Shown piece by piece: positions 38,943 to 49,047 of a DNA stretch of 64,000 nucleotides. Position 1 is the stretch's first letter. Each line of letters starts with the position of its first letter. The stretch covers positions 1,408,001-1,472,000 of the forward strand of contig CAXXVS010000002.1 of assembly GCA_963674755.2 (NCBI GenBank), read 5' to 3'. The translations under genes and the position numbers were made by a program. The notes beneath the pieces are model-generated. The model was not told the origin of the DNA and ran no database searches. It worked only from the letters and a program-made list of their open reading frames with translations. This DNA is from Desulfobacterales bacterium. Its GTDB lineage: Bacteria; Desulfobacterota; Desulfobacteria; Desulfobacterales; UBA5852.

Positions 38943-39005
38943 ACCACGAAGATCACAAAGGGATTCATCTCCTCCCGATCGGAATCTCTTCATGTTCTTC
39001 GTGGT
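38943..39005. repeat. Inverted-repeat element with 9-mer tandem arms
   Basis: ACCACGAAGATCACAAAG … CTTCATGTTCTTCGTGGT (15/18 complementary). Confidence 0.75.
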
Positions 39006-39060
39006 AAACGCTTTTGAAATCACCCAATAGCATTTCTGCTGCGAGACTTAAAAGGAGATA

Positions 39061-40806
39061 TCATTCCTTCCAGATATCCATCAGCATCTCGTTGGCGTCC
39101 ATCAGCATGGGATTGGGGGTATAGCCCTTGACCCAGTCCCGGTAGGCCCGCACCACGATCTGCTGGTAGAGGGGTATGGCGATGGCTTCTTCGTAGAAGA
39201 GATCCTGCAGGCGCGAATAGATCTTCTCCCGCTGGGCCGGATCGATGGTGGCGATGCCCTCGTCGCAGAGGCGGTCCACTTCCGCGTTGTGGAAGGCCAT
39301 GTAGCGGCCGTAAACTCCCTGGGAATGCATGAAGGTGTAGACAAAATTGTGGGGGTCGGCATAGTCCGCGCCCCAGCCGATCAGAAAGAGCGGGTACATG
39401 AAGTTGCGGTACTTGACCAGGTAGTCCTTCCACTCCACGTTGCGGACCTCGATCTTGAACTTGGGATTGAGGGCCATGATGTTTTCGGCCAGCATGATGG
39501 CGGCCGCCTCGCGCATCTCGTTGCCCGTATTGTGGGTGATGATCATCTTGAAGCCCTTGTCCCACAACTGCCCGCCAAAGGCTTTTTGCATGTATTCGGC
39601 GGACTTGGTCAGATCGAAGGCGTAGACCGGCACCTCCTTGTGAAAGGCCAGGCCCTCGATGTCCGGGCTGGTGGGCATGATCACCAGGTCGTTGAACACA
39701 TCCTGGGCGTAAGTGGTGCGGTCGAAGGCGTGCAGGAAAGCCTTGCGTACATTGATGTCGCTGAAGAATTCCGGGGGGATCCCCTCCCCGTCCAGCTTTC
39801 CGCTGCCGATGTTGGGATTGCCGGCGGGATTGATCTTCTGGCAGAAGAAGGCCATGGTCACCGAAAGCTGGGGAACTTCATACAGGGTCAAGCCCTGCAT
39901 GGCCCTGACTTCGGGCACATAGGGATTGTCCACGGTCACGCGGTCGGCATCGCCGTTTTGGAGCATGAGTTTGCGGGTGCTCCACTCCTTCACGTATTTG
40001 ATGATGGCGGTCTTGAGCCGGGCCGGCCCGCCCCAGTACCCGTCGAAGCGCTCGAAAACGAACTGCTTGTTGGGCTCCCAGGACTTCATTTTGTAAGCGT
40101 TGGTGCCGTTGGTGATCTTTTGCAGGGGTTCGTGCCCCGGGGCCGGATTGTTGAACTTGGCAGCCGTTGCGATCGATCCGTCCCAACAGCCGTGGGCCAC
40201 GCACCATTCCTTGTTCATCACGACGGAAGCGGAATAGGCCAGGATACCCATGAAGGGCGGGTAGGCTTTGGGCAGGTGGAAGATCACCCGGTCGCCCTGG
40301 GCCTCGACGCAGCGGTCGATTTTTTCCATGATGCCGGGGATGAGTTTGCCGTTCTCGTCGCGGGTGGAGCCTTCGCCGGTCAACGCTTCCAACAGCATCC
40401 ACATGGGACCGCCGTCCGGGTCGGCGATCATGTTGCGTTTGAAGCTGTAGACCACATCCTCCGGCGTAAGGGTCTGGCCTTCATGGAACTTGACCCCTTT
40501 GCGTATGGTAAACGTGTAGGTTTTCCCGTCGACGGCAATGCCGCCATTGCCAAGGGTGGGCACCTCCGTCGTCAGCAAGGGCTTGAACTGGTCCGTGTGG
40601 CTGCCGTCAAAAAAAATCAGCGGCTCGTAGATGTTCCAGAGCCGCTGGGAGGAGGTGGTGTCATAGGCCACGCAGGGGTCTAAGGTGCGCAGGGTGCCGT
40701 AGGTCGCGAAGACAAAGGTGTCGGGATTTTTCACCTCGGCCTGGACCGTACAGACGGTCAGGGACAACAAAACGGCGAAAACATGGATGAAGATCGTCTT
40801 CTTCAT
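39061..40806 (-). CDS. oppA: Peptide ABC substrate-binding protein (family 5)
   Basis: Signal peptide; LDP, YTFTIRKGVKFH, GWGADYADP; RBS AAAGGAGG. Confidence 0.92.
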   Translation of the reverse strand: MKKTIFIHVFAVLLSLTVCTVQAEVKNPDTFVFATYGTLRTLDPCVAYDTTSSQRLWNIYEPLIFFDGSHTDQFKPLLTTEVPTLGNGGIAVDGKTYTFTIRKGVKFHEGQTLTPEDVVYSFKRNMIADPDGGPMWMLLEALTGEGSTRDENGKLIPGIMEKIDRCVEAQGDRVIFHLPKAYPPFMGILAYSASVVMNKEWCVAHGCWDGSIATAAKFNNPAPGHEPLQKITNGTNAYKMKSWEPNKQFVFERFDGYWGGPARLKTAIIKYVKEWSTRKLMLQNGDADRVTVDNPYVPEVRAMQGLTLYEVPQLSVTMAFFCQKINPAGNPNIGSGKLDGEGIPPEFFSDINVRKAFLHAFDRTTYAQDVFNDLVIMPTSPDIEGLAFHKEVPVYAFDLTKSAEYMQKAFGGQLWDKGFKMIITHNTGNEMREAAAIMLAENIMALNPKFKIEVRNVEWKDYLVKYRNFMYPLFLIGWGADYADPHNFVYTFMHSQGVYGRYMAFHNAEVDRLCDEGIATIDPAQREKIYSRLQDLFYEEAIAIPLYQQIVVRAYRDWVKGYTPNPMLMDANEMLMDIWKE

Positions 40807-40956
40807 AACGCCTCCTTTCAGGTTGGGGGTCCCTTTGTGGCAGGCCCAGAGATCCGCTAGACCACATTTGGGCATGCATCGGAAAAAACCGGATCAAGAC
40901 TGCTTGGTGCGCCGCTCCTGGTCAAGCCGGCGCGACCGGCATACTGCTCCAGACCA

Positions 40957-42309
40957 TCAGTAGCTGATGATGCCGGTATAGTTCCAGGGGGTGATGGCCT
41001 TCAGCTCCGTCTTCAGGTCGTCGTCGACGGCCAGGCCGTCGATAAAGGCCGCCAGGGCGGCCTGGTCGATCCGGACATGGGTGCGGGTCAGATCGCGCAG
41101 GGCTTCGTAAGGTTTGGGGAAGCCTTCCCGGCGCAGCACGGTCTGGATGGCCTCGGCTACCACGGCCCAATTGGCCTCCAGGTCGTTGCGGATGGCCGCC
41201 TCGTCCAGCAGCAGCTTATCGAGTCCCCGCAAGAGGGATTTGACGGCGATGGCAATATGGGCCAGGGGCACCCCGATGTTGCGCGTGACGGTGGAATCGG
41301 TGAGGTCCCGCTGCAGGCGGGAGATGGGCAGCTTGGCGGCCAGATGCTCCAGCAGGGCGTTGGCCAGGCCCAGATTGCCCTCGGAATTTTCGAAGTCGAT
41401 GGGATTGACCTTGTGGGGCATGGTGGAAGAGCCCACCTCGCCGGCCTTGATCTTCTGCCGGAAGTAATTCATGGAAATGTAGGTCCACACATCCCGGTCC
41501 AGGTCCAGCAGAATGGTGTTGAGGCGTTTCAGGCCGTCACAGAAGGCCGCCAGGTTGTCATAGTGTTCGATCTGGGTGGTCACCCGGTAGCGGTCGAGCC
41601 CCAGGGTCCCGTTCACCAGCCGGTCGGCGAAGGCGATCCAGTCCGTATCCGGATAGGCGATGTGGTGGGCGTTGAAATTGCCGGTGGCCCCGCCGAATTT
41701 GGCGCCGAAAGAAACCGCCTCGAGTAGCTTGAGCTGCCGCTCGAGGCGTTCGACGAAGACATAAACCTCCTTGCCCAAACGTGTGGGGGAGGCCGGCTGG
41801 CCGTGCGTGCGGGCCAGCATCGAAACGTCGCGCCATTCCCGGGCGCGCGCCTTCAAGGCCTCGATAGTTTGGCTATAGAGGGGCCGCACGACCGTCTCCC
41901 AGGCCTCTTTCAGGGCCAGGGGGACGGCGGTGTTGTTGATATCCTGGGAGGTCAGCCCGAAATGGATGAATTCCTTGCTGGCGTCCAGCCCCAGGGCTTC
42001 GAACTGGTCTTTGAGGAAATACTCCACGGACTTGACGTCGTGGTTGGTTTCCCGCTCGATGCGCTTGACCGCCCGGGCGTCTTCCAGATCGAAATTCCGG
42101 TAGATGGCCCGCAGGTCCGCGAAGCGGGCCGGGTCCACACCGGCCAGGGGCGGCAGGGGCAGCTCGCACAAGGCGATGAAATACTCGATTTCCACGCGCG
42201 TGCGGTAGCGGATCAGGGCGCTTTCCGAAAAATAGGCGGCGAGATCCTGCGTGGCGCGGCGGTAGCGGCCGTCGACGGGGGAAATGGCTTCCAGGGGGGA
42301 GAATTCCAT
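40957..42309 (-). CDS. purB: Adenylosuccinate lyase
   Basis: AISPVDGRY, TNHDVK, HFGLTSQD, ARTHGQPA, GSSTMPHKVNPIDFENSEGN. Confidence 0.97.
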   Translation of the reverse strand: MEFSPLEAISPVDGRYRRATQDLAAYFSESALIRYRTRVEIEYFIALCELPLPPLAGVDPARFADLRAIYRNFDLEDARAVKRIERETNHDVKSVEYFLKDQFEALGLDASKEFIHFGLTSQDINNTAVPLALKEAWETVVRPLYSQTIEALKARAREWRDVSMLARTHGQPASPTRLGKEVYVFVERLERQLKLLEAVSFGAKFGGATGNFNAHHIAYPDTDWIAFADRLVNGTLGLDRYRVTTQIEHYDNLAAFCDGLKRLNTILLDLDRDVWTYISMNYFRQKIKAGEVGSSTMPHKVNPIDFENSEGNLGLANALLEHLAAKLPISRLQRDLTDSTVTRNIGVPLAHIAIAVKSLLRGLDKLLLDEAAIRNDLEANWAVVAEAIQTVLRREGFPKPYEALRDLTRTHVRIDQAALAAFIDGLAVDDDLKTELKAITPWNYTGIISY

Positions 42310-42599
42310 GGTATGGTCACTACCTTTCGCATTCGACAATGAGTGCTCATCCCGAGATAGCATCTTTTGGCCCCGGCCCACCGGCGGCGGGCCGGAACCA
42401 AAATCTACCATGTATGGATGAACACGAGGTAACGGCTGGATCCTGCAGACCCGGTGATCAAGGCCCGCCCATCCCGCTATAGACGACTATCGATCAGGGT
42501 GTCAAGTGCGCGGTCCCGACCTGGTCAAGGGCGTTTTCCGGTCGACAGCATCGGGCCAACAGACGCCGTAATCCCAATGGACACCACGAGGAGGAAATC

Positions 42600-44411
42600 A
42601 TGGGCGAACGCACCATTCCCCGGCGAAGCGACATTCCCCGCGAACATCAATGGGACCTGACCCCGCTCTTTGCCGACGACGCGCACTGGCGTTCCCGGTA
42701 CGATCAGGTGGCAGCGGAATTGCCGGGCTACGATACCTACCGGGGGCGCCTGGGGGAATCCCCGGAGGTCCTGGCGGAGGCCATCGCCTTCGACCTCGAT
42801 CTGTCCCGGCGGATCGAACGGCTCTATACCTTCGCCCACCTGAAAAACGACGAAGACAAATCCAATCAGACCTACCTGGCCATGTACCAGCGGGCGGTCA
42901 GCCTCTATACCCGGGCCTCCGAGCTGTCCAGCTTCATGCGGCCCGAAATCATGGCGATCCCCGAAAACCTTGTCCCGCAATTCCTTGCGAGCGAAGCCCT
43001 CCGGGAAGTCCGCTTCCACCTGGAGAAAGTCCTGCGCCATCGCCCCCACACCCTGCCTGCGCCCATGGAGGAGATGCTGGCCCGGAGCAGTGAAATGGCC
43101 CAGACCGCGTCCCAGGTATTCGGCCAGCTGGACAACGTGGACCTGTCCTTCGGCACCATCACCGACCCGAGCGGCGAGGTGGCGGAACTCAGCCACGGCA
43201 ATTTTATCACCTTCCTGCAGCATCCTGCGCGGGAAATGCGCCGCAAGGCCTTTTTCCAATATTACGACGCCTATCAAAACCACCGCAACACCATCGCGGC
43301 CGCCCTGGCCGGATCGATCAAGGCCGACCTCTTCTATGCCCGCAGCCGCAACCATGCCACCTGCCGGGAGGGCGCCCTCTTTGCGGACGACATTCCGCTG
43401 GCGGTCTACGACAACCTGATTGCGACGGTCAAAGACAACCTGGCCCCCCTCTTCGCCTATCTTGACTTCCGCCGGGAGGCCCTGGGGTTATCCGATCTGC
43501 ACTTCTACGACACCTATGTTCCCATCATCGGGGATGTCACTTTCGAGATGCCCTACGACGAAGCCGTGGAAACCTGCAGCGCGGCCCTGGCGCCCCTGGG
43601 GTCGGCCTATACCGAGGTGCTGCGCAAAGGCCTTACCGGAGGCTGGGTGGACCGCTACGAAAACCGCGGCAAACGCAGCGGGGCCTACTCCTCGGGCTGC
43701 TATGACTCGCCGCCCTATATCCTGCTCAACTACGAGGCCGACAATATCAACAGCCTCTACACGCTGATCCACGAAGCCGGCCATTCCATGCACTCCGACC
43801 TGTCCCGGCGCCACCAGCCCTATGTCTACCACGGCTACACCATCTTCGTGGCGGAGGTGGCCTCGACCTTCAATGAGACCCTGCTGAGCGCCCACCTCCT
43901 GGAACGCTACCGGGACGACGCCCGCATGCGGGCCTATATTATCAACCGTGAAATCGACAACATCCGGGGCACGCTCTTCCGGCAGACCATGTTCGCCGAA
44001 TTCGAACTGCGCACCCATGCCCTGGCCGAGGCCCAGGAGCCTCTGACCCTCGACGTCTTGACCGGCATCTACCGGGAGCTGCTGACAACCCATTTCGGTG
44101 GGCATCTGGTCATCGACGATGAACTGACCCTGGAATGCCTGCGCATCCCGCACTTCTACTCCGCCTTTTATGTTTATAAATACGCCACCGGCATTTCGGC
44201 GGCCATCGCCCTGGCCAACCGGGTGATGCAGGGCGTGGAGGGGGCCCGGGAAGACTATCTGCGCTTTCTCACCCTGGGAGGCAGCCGCTTCCCCTTGGAC
44301 GAGCTGCGGGAAGCCGGTGTGGATATGGGCACCCCGGCGCCGGTGGTCGATGCCATCGCCCACTTCAGCCGGCTGGTGGCGGAGTTGAAGGCGGTCTACA
44401 CCACCCTTTAA
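42600..44411 (+). CDS. pepF: Oligoendopeptidase F (M3B)
   Basis: GKRSGAYS, HEAGHSMH, AEVASTFNE, RIPHFY. Confidence 0.96.
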   Translation: MGERTIPRRSDIPREHQWDLTPLFADDAHWRSRYDQVAAELPGYDTYRGRLGESPEVLAEAIAFDLDLSRRIERLYTFAHLKNDEDKSNQTYLAMYQRAVSLYTRASELSSFMRPEIMAIPENLVPQFLASEALREVRFHLEKVLRHRPHTLPAPMEEMLARSSEMAQTASQVFGQLDNVDLSFGTITDPSGEVAELSHGNFITFLQHPAREMRRKAFFQYYDAYQNHRNTIAAALAGSIKADLFYARSRNHATCREGALFADDIPLAVYDNLIATVKDNLAPLFAYLDFRREALGLSDLHFYDTYVPIIGDVTFEMPYDEAVETCSAALAPLGSAYTEVLRKGLTGGWVDRYENRGKRSGAYSSGCYDSPPYILLNYEADNINSLYTLIHEAGHSMHSDLSRRHQPYVYHGYTIFVAEVASTFNETLLSAHLLERYRDDARMRAYIINREIDNIRGTLFRQTMFAEFELRTHALAEAQEPLTLDVLTGIYRELLTTHFGGHLVIDDELTLECLRIPHFYSAFYVYKYATGISAAIALANRVMQGVEGAREDYLRFLTLGGSRFPLDELREAGVDMGTPAPVVDAIAHFSRLVAELKAVYTTL

Positions 44412-44422
44412 CGGTGGAATAA

Positions 44423-44486
44423 GTCGAAATCGGGATCGAAACCGTCTTTTTCGATAGCGATTGCGATTTCGATCCCGATTTGGATT
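44423..44486. repeat. Hexamer-armed inverted repeat between convergent pepF and pepD
   Basis: AAATCGGGATCGAAA (44427-44441) / TTTCGATCCCGATTT (44467-44481), a perfect 15-bp inverted repeat embedded in ATCGNN/CGATNN hexamer arrays. Confidence 0.8.
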
Positions 44487-44493
44487 TTTTTGA

Positions 44494-45936
44494 TCAGTAG
44501 GACGCCAGAAGCGTTGTCAGGAAAGTGTAGACCCGGCCCACGGACGGCAGTTCCAGCTTTTCCTCGGGGGAGTGGGGATGGCGCAGGTCGGGTCCGATGG
44601 AGATCATCTCCATACCCGGCACCTTGTCGCCGATCAGGCCGCATTCCAGTCCGGCGTGGATGATTTCCACCACCGGTTCCTTCCCGTAAAGCTCCTGGTA
44701 GACGTCGCGGCAGCGCTGCAGAAGGGCCGAGTCTTTGTCCGGCGCCCAGGCCGGATGGTGGTTCAAACGGACGGCGCTGGCACCGGCCAGGGCAGCCACG
44801 GCCGTCACCCGCGACGTCATCTCATCCAGCCGCGACATGGAGGAACTGCGCTGGCTGCTGATGATATCGAGGGCGTCATTCTTGATGCGAACGATCGCCA
44901 GATTGCAGGAAGTCTCCACGAGGCCGGCTACCTGGGTCGACATGCCGTGCACCCCGTGGGGCAGCGCGTTCAGCAGATGGACCGCCCGTGCCGCGCTTTC
45001 CGCCGCCAGCATGCGCACGGGCCGGTCGTCCGTCGGCTCTTCCAAACGCACAAAGAGGCTGGGTTCGGTATCGTCATGCTCGTCCCGGAAGATCGCCTCG
45101 CAATGCCGCACGGCCTCGCGCACGGCCGTCAGCGGCCCGGAAGGCAAGGCCAGAAAGGCCGAGGCATCCCGCGGAATGGCATTGTGGGCCGAACCGCCCC
45201 TGAGAGACACCAGGCGCACCCCCTCCAGGGCCTGCAGGCGTTGGAGGACCCGCCCCAGCAGGCGGTTGGCATTGGCGCGCGGCTTGTGGATATCCACGCC
45301 GGAGTGCCCCCCGCGCAGCCCCCCCACCACCAAGCGGGCGCCGACCAGTTCAGCCGGCAGATCTTCGTAAGTCAGCGGCAGGCGGATCCGGGTCTCTTCC
45401 CCCCCGGCGCATCCGATGGTGAAGACGCCCTCGTCCTCGGAATCGATATTGATCAGGATGCGTCCCTTGAGGAGGGTGGCATCGAGCTTGTGGGCCCCGA
45501 GCAGGCCGCTTTCCTCGTCCACCGTGAACAGGAGTTCCAGGGGCGGGTGCTTCAGGGCATGGTCTTCGGCCAGCACCATCGACATCGCCAGGGCAATGCC
45601 GTTGTCGGCCCCCAGGGTGGTATCCACGGCGTGGACCCAGTCCCCGTCGCGCACCACCGGGATCGGGTCCTGCTCGAAATCATGCGTCGATTCGGGCGTT
45701 TTCTCGCAGACCATGTCCATGTGGCCCTGGAGAATCACCACCGCGCGATCTTCCCGGCCGGGTGAGGCCGGCACCTGGATGACGAGATTGCCGGCCGGGT
45801 CGCTGCGGAAAGCATAACCCCGGGTGCGGGCCCATTCCGTGAGCCAGGCCGCCAGGCGGGTCTCGTTCTTGGAGCAACGGGGAATGGCGTTGATCGCTTC
45901 GAATTTAGCGAGAATGGCGTCGATCTGGTTTTCCAT
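44494..45936 (-). CDS. pepD: Aminoacyl-histidine dipeptidase (M20C)
   Basis: QGHMDMVCEK, TLGADNG, DEESG, GGHSG, HAGLECG, HSPEE. Confidence 0.95.
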   Translation of the reverse strand: MENQIDAILAKFEAINAIPRCSKNETRLAAWLTEWARTRGYAFRSDPAGNLVIQVPASPGREDRAVVILQGHMDMVCEKTPESTHDFEQDPIPVVRDGDWVHAVDTTLGADNGIALAMSMVLAEDHALKHPPLELLFTVDEESGLLGAHKLDATLLKGRILINIDSEDEGVFTIGCAGGEETRIRLPLTYEDLPAELVGARLVVGGLRGGHSGVDIHKPRANANRLLGRVLQRLQALEGVRLVSLRGGSAHNAIPRDASAFLALPSGPLTAVREAVRHCEAIFRDEHDDTEPSLFVRLEEPTDDRPVRMLAAESAARAVHLLNALPHGVHGMSTQVAGLVETSCNLAIVRIKNDALDIISSQRSSSMSRLDEMTSRVTAVAALAGASAVRLNHHPAWAPDKDSALLQRCRDVYQELYGKEPVVEIIHAGLECGLIGDKVPGMEMISIGPDLRHPHSPEEKLELPSVGRVYTFLTTLLASY

Positions 45937-46148
45937 GGGATCTTCTTTCTCTTCGCTTGCTGTTTATGGATGTTTCACCTGGCGGGTCCGATCACCTGCG
46001 TCGGATCATGACGGGCGGGTACCGGACCGCATCGCAGTCACCGTGCCGTAGCACGGACAGGATTCAAATGGTGGCGATAGTATGGTAAACTATAGAAGAA
46101 GTCAAAGCAGCCCGGACCTGAAACCCTTCGACACCCTGCGGAATCACC

Positions 46149-47060
46149 ATGCTGAAAACCGTTCTATCGCATCTCAAGGCCTGCGGCATCACCCTTGCGA
46201 TCGCCGCCAACACCGTTTTGTGGGGCATCCCGATCCACTTATTGGCTCTGATCAAGCTGGGCATTCGATCGTCCACCTGGCAAACGGCCTGCACCAACGG
46301 GCTGATTCGCCTGGTGAAAGGCTGGATCCGGGGCGTCCTCGCGATCCAGGACCGCTTCCTCGATATCGCCTGGGATATCCGGCCCACCGCGGCCCTGAGC
46401 CGCCAACAATGGTACCTCGTCACCATCAACCATCGCTCCTGGGCCGACATCCCCGTGTTGCTGAAGGCCCTCACCGACCGGGTACCGTTTCCGGTGGTCT
46501 TTGCCAAGCGCCAGATGTTCTGGGTGCCCATCATCGGGACAGCCCTCTGGGCCCTGGACTACCCCATCATGAAACGCTTTTCCCGAGGGCAGCTTGCGCG
46601 TCATCCCGAAAGACGCGGCCTCGATCTCGACACCACACGCCAGTCCTGCCGCAAATACCAGTTCCGGCCGGTGGCCATCTGGAATTTCATCGAGGGCACC
46701 CGTTTTACAGCGGCGAAGCATCGCCATCAGGACTCGCCCTACCGGCACCTCCTGCGCCCCAAGACGGGTGGACTGGCCTTCGCCATCCAGGCCATGGAAG
46801 GCCGGATCACCCGCCTGCTGGACGTCACGATCGTCTACCCCGAAGGCATCACGAACTTCTGGTCCTACTTGAGGGGCGAAGTTCGACAGGTTTCCGTCCA
46901 TCTGCGGGAAATCGTCATTCCCGACCACCTGCGCCATGGTCGCTATCGGGAAGATCCCCACTACCGTGAAACGGTCAAGGAGTGGCTCGCGCACATTTGG
47001 CGCGAAAAAGACGACCTGATCGATCAAAACCTGAATTGCCCGTCATCCTTCATCGAATAG
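46149..47060 (+). CDS. YihG-like acyltransferase (PlsC superfamily)
   Basis: NHRSWADI, FIEGTRF, LLRPKTGG, LDVTIVYP. Confidence 0.88.
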   Translation: MLKTVLSHLKACGITLAIAANTVLWGIPIHLLALIKLGIRSSTWQTACTNGLIRLVKGWIRGVLAIQDRFLDIAWDIRPTAALSRQQWYLVTINHRSWADIPVLLKALTDRVPFPVVFAKRQMFWVPIIGTALWALDYPIMKRFSRGQLARHPERRGLDLDTTRQSCRKYQFRPVAIWNFIEGTRFTAAKHRHQDSPYRHLLRPKTGGLAFAIQAMEGRITRLLDVTIVYPEGITNFWSYLRGEVRQVSVHLREIVIPDHLRHGRYREDPHYRETVKEWLAHIWREKDDLIDQNLNCPSSFIE

Positions 47061-47201
47061 CGCCCCGATTGAAAACGACGCCAGGCTGCCCGTCCCGGTA
47101 ACACGATCCAAAAAATCGTTTGACCTGGGCGGCGACAATGCCCAGAATACGAGCATCTATGTCAGGCGACAACCGTATACCCATCATCAAGGAGGATAGC
47201 G

Positions 47202-47690
47202 ATGCGCCCACAATGGTTCCTTACCTTCATGCTGGCGATCTTTTTTCTGGCCGGAACAGCGGCGGCTCAGGAATTGATTGTCTTTCCGGCCAAAGGCCAG
47301 AGCAACGACCAGATGGAGCAGGATAAATTTACCTGCTACACCTGGGCTAAAAACGAAACCGGCTTTGATCCCATGGCACCGCCCACGACGACGGCGCCGC
47401 CGCCGGCCCAAGCGGCTCCCCAGGGGGGCGTGATCCGGGGAGCGGCCCGCGGGGCTCTCGTGGGGGTTGCGGCGGGCGCCATCGCCGGTGATGCCGGCAA
47501 GGGAGCTGCCATCGGGGCGGCTTCCGGCGGTTTGCTGGGCGGCATGCGCCGCAGGGACCAGTACCGTCAGGAAGCGTCCAGTCAGCAGCAATGGGAGCAG
47601 CAGCAGGCCCAGCAGTACACCCAGAAGCGCAATACATACAACCGCGCCTATTCCGCCTGTCTCGAAGGCAAGGGCTACACCGTAAAGTAG
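47202..47690 (+). CDS. Secreted glycine-zipper protein
   Basis: Signal peptide; GAARGALVGVAAGAIAGDAGKGAAIGA zipper; terminal CLEGKGY. Confidence 0.8.
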   Translation: MRPQWFLTFMLAIFFLAGTAAAQELIVFPAKGQSNDQMEQDKFTCYTWAKNETGFDPMAPPTTTAPPPAQAAPQGGVIRGAARGALVGVAAGAIAGDAGKGAAIGAASGGLLGGMRRRDQYRQEASSQQQWEQQQAQQYTQKRNTYNRAYSACLEGKGYTVK

Positions 47691-47703
47691 AAAGGAGCAA
47701 AGC

Positions 47704-48120
47704 ATGATGCGACATGCACTGACAGGCAGTTTAGCGGTCCTCGTCCTGTTGATGGCAGTCCCTGCCGTCCTGGCGGCCGACTTTGACGGCAGCCGTCCCC
47801 TGCTGATGGCCGTCATCGATATCATCGAGTGCCATCCCGGCGGCGCCTGTGAAAACGTGACCCCCCAGGAGGCGCGCCTCCCCCGATTTCTGGAAATTGA
47901 TTTCGACAAGAAGGAAATCAGTGAAGTCGGCGATGCCCAGGACGAAAGGCGCACCGCCATCCAGAATATGACCCAAGGTGAAGGCGTATTGATACTGCAA
48001 GGTGCCCAAAACGGACGCGGCTGGTCTCTCACAATTACGGAAGCCAGCGGCGACGCCGTGGCAACGGTCGCCGATCCTGTGAGCGGCTTTGTCATTTTCG
48101 GCGCCTGCACGCCCCGCTGA
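47704..48120 (+). CDS. Secreted hypothetical protein
   Basis: Signal peptide (AVLA-A), RBS AAGGAG, coding-like composition. Confidence 0.7.
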   Translation: MMRHALTGSLAVLVLLMAVPAVLAADFDGSRPLLMAVIDIIECHPGGACENVTPQEARLPRFLEIDFDKKEISEVGDAQDERRTAIQNMTQGEGVLILQGAQNGRGWSLTITEASGDAVATVADPVSGFVIFGACTPR

Positions 48121-48167
48121 TCAGTTTCGGCGGTGAGTCGCCCTTCTATGGAGAAATTGTACCCGTT

Positions 48168-49031
48168 ATGCTGAAACGACTGCGGCTGCAGACCTTAACG
48201 ATTCCCTGGAATCTTTTTCTCATTTTCACAGGCGCCCTGGTATTTGCGGTCGGCGTCAAAGCCGTGGCCCTGCCCCACGAGTTCATCTCCGGCGGCATGT
48301 CCGGCCTGTCTCTGCTGGTCTACTACGGGACCAAATGGCTTTCTCCCGGCATCTGGTATTTCATCATCAATGTGCCGATCTTTCTCGTCGGCTGGGTGTT
48401 TATCAGCCGGCGCTTCTTTTTGTACAGCATCTTCGGCATGCTGACCCTGTCATGGGCCATCGACCAGATCCAGTTTACCATTCCGGTGCACGATCCCATG
48501 CTGGCCGCCATCGCCGGCGGTACGATCATCGGCGCCGGCGCCGGCATCACCCTGCATTCGCTGGGCTCCTCCGGCGGCAATGACGTCATCGCCGTCCTGC
48601 TGAACCAGAAATTCAACATTCGCATGGGAACCTTCTTTTTTGGCTTCAACCTGCTGCTGTTCAGCTTCAGCCTGGGCATCCTGGACGTCGACCGGGTGCT
48701 CTATTCCCTGGTCATGAGCTTCGTGACGGCCCAGATGCTGGACTATGTGCTGACCTTCTTCAATCAGCGCAAAATCGCCTTCATCATTTCCGATGCCTCG
48801 GAACAGATCGCCGCCGCCATCAACGAACGGCTCAGGCGGGGGGGAACCTTTCTCTACGGACGGGGAACCTACACGCGCAAGCACCGCAAGATCGTCATGA
48901 CGGTATTGAACAACTTCGAATTGAAGCGCCTGGAAGAATTGGTCTTCGAAATCGACCCGGAAGCCTTCGTCATTATTGAAAGGACATACAACGTGCTGGG
49001 AAGGGGCTTTTCCCACCGTAAGGTGTACTAG
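48168..49031 (+). CDS. YitT/DUF161 family membrane protein
   Basis: SGGMSG, GSSGGND, G.GTYT, IDPEAF. Confidence 0.9.
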   Translation: MLKRLRLQTLTIPWNLFLIFTGALVFAVGVKAVALPHEFISGGMSGLSLLVYYGTKWLSPGIWYFIINVPIFLVGWVFISRRFFLYSIFGMLTLSWAIDQIQFTIPVHDPMLAAIAGGTIIGAGAGITLHSLGSSGGNDVIAVLLNQKFNIRMGTFFFGFNLLLFSFSLGILDVDRVLYSLVMSFVTAQMLDYVLTFFNQRKIAFIISDASEQIAAAINERLRRGGTFLYGRGTYTRKHRKIVMTVLNNFELKRLEELVFEIDPEAFVIIERTYNVLGRGFSHRKVY

Positions 49032-49047
49032 AAGGAAACAAGCACCC

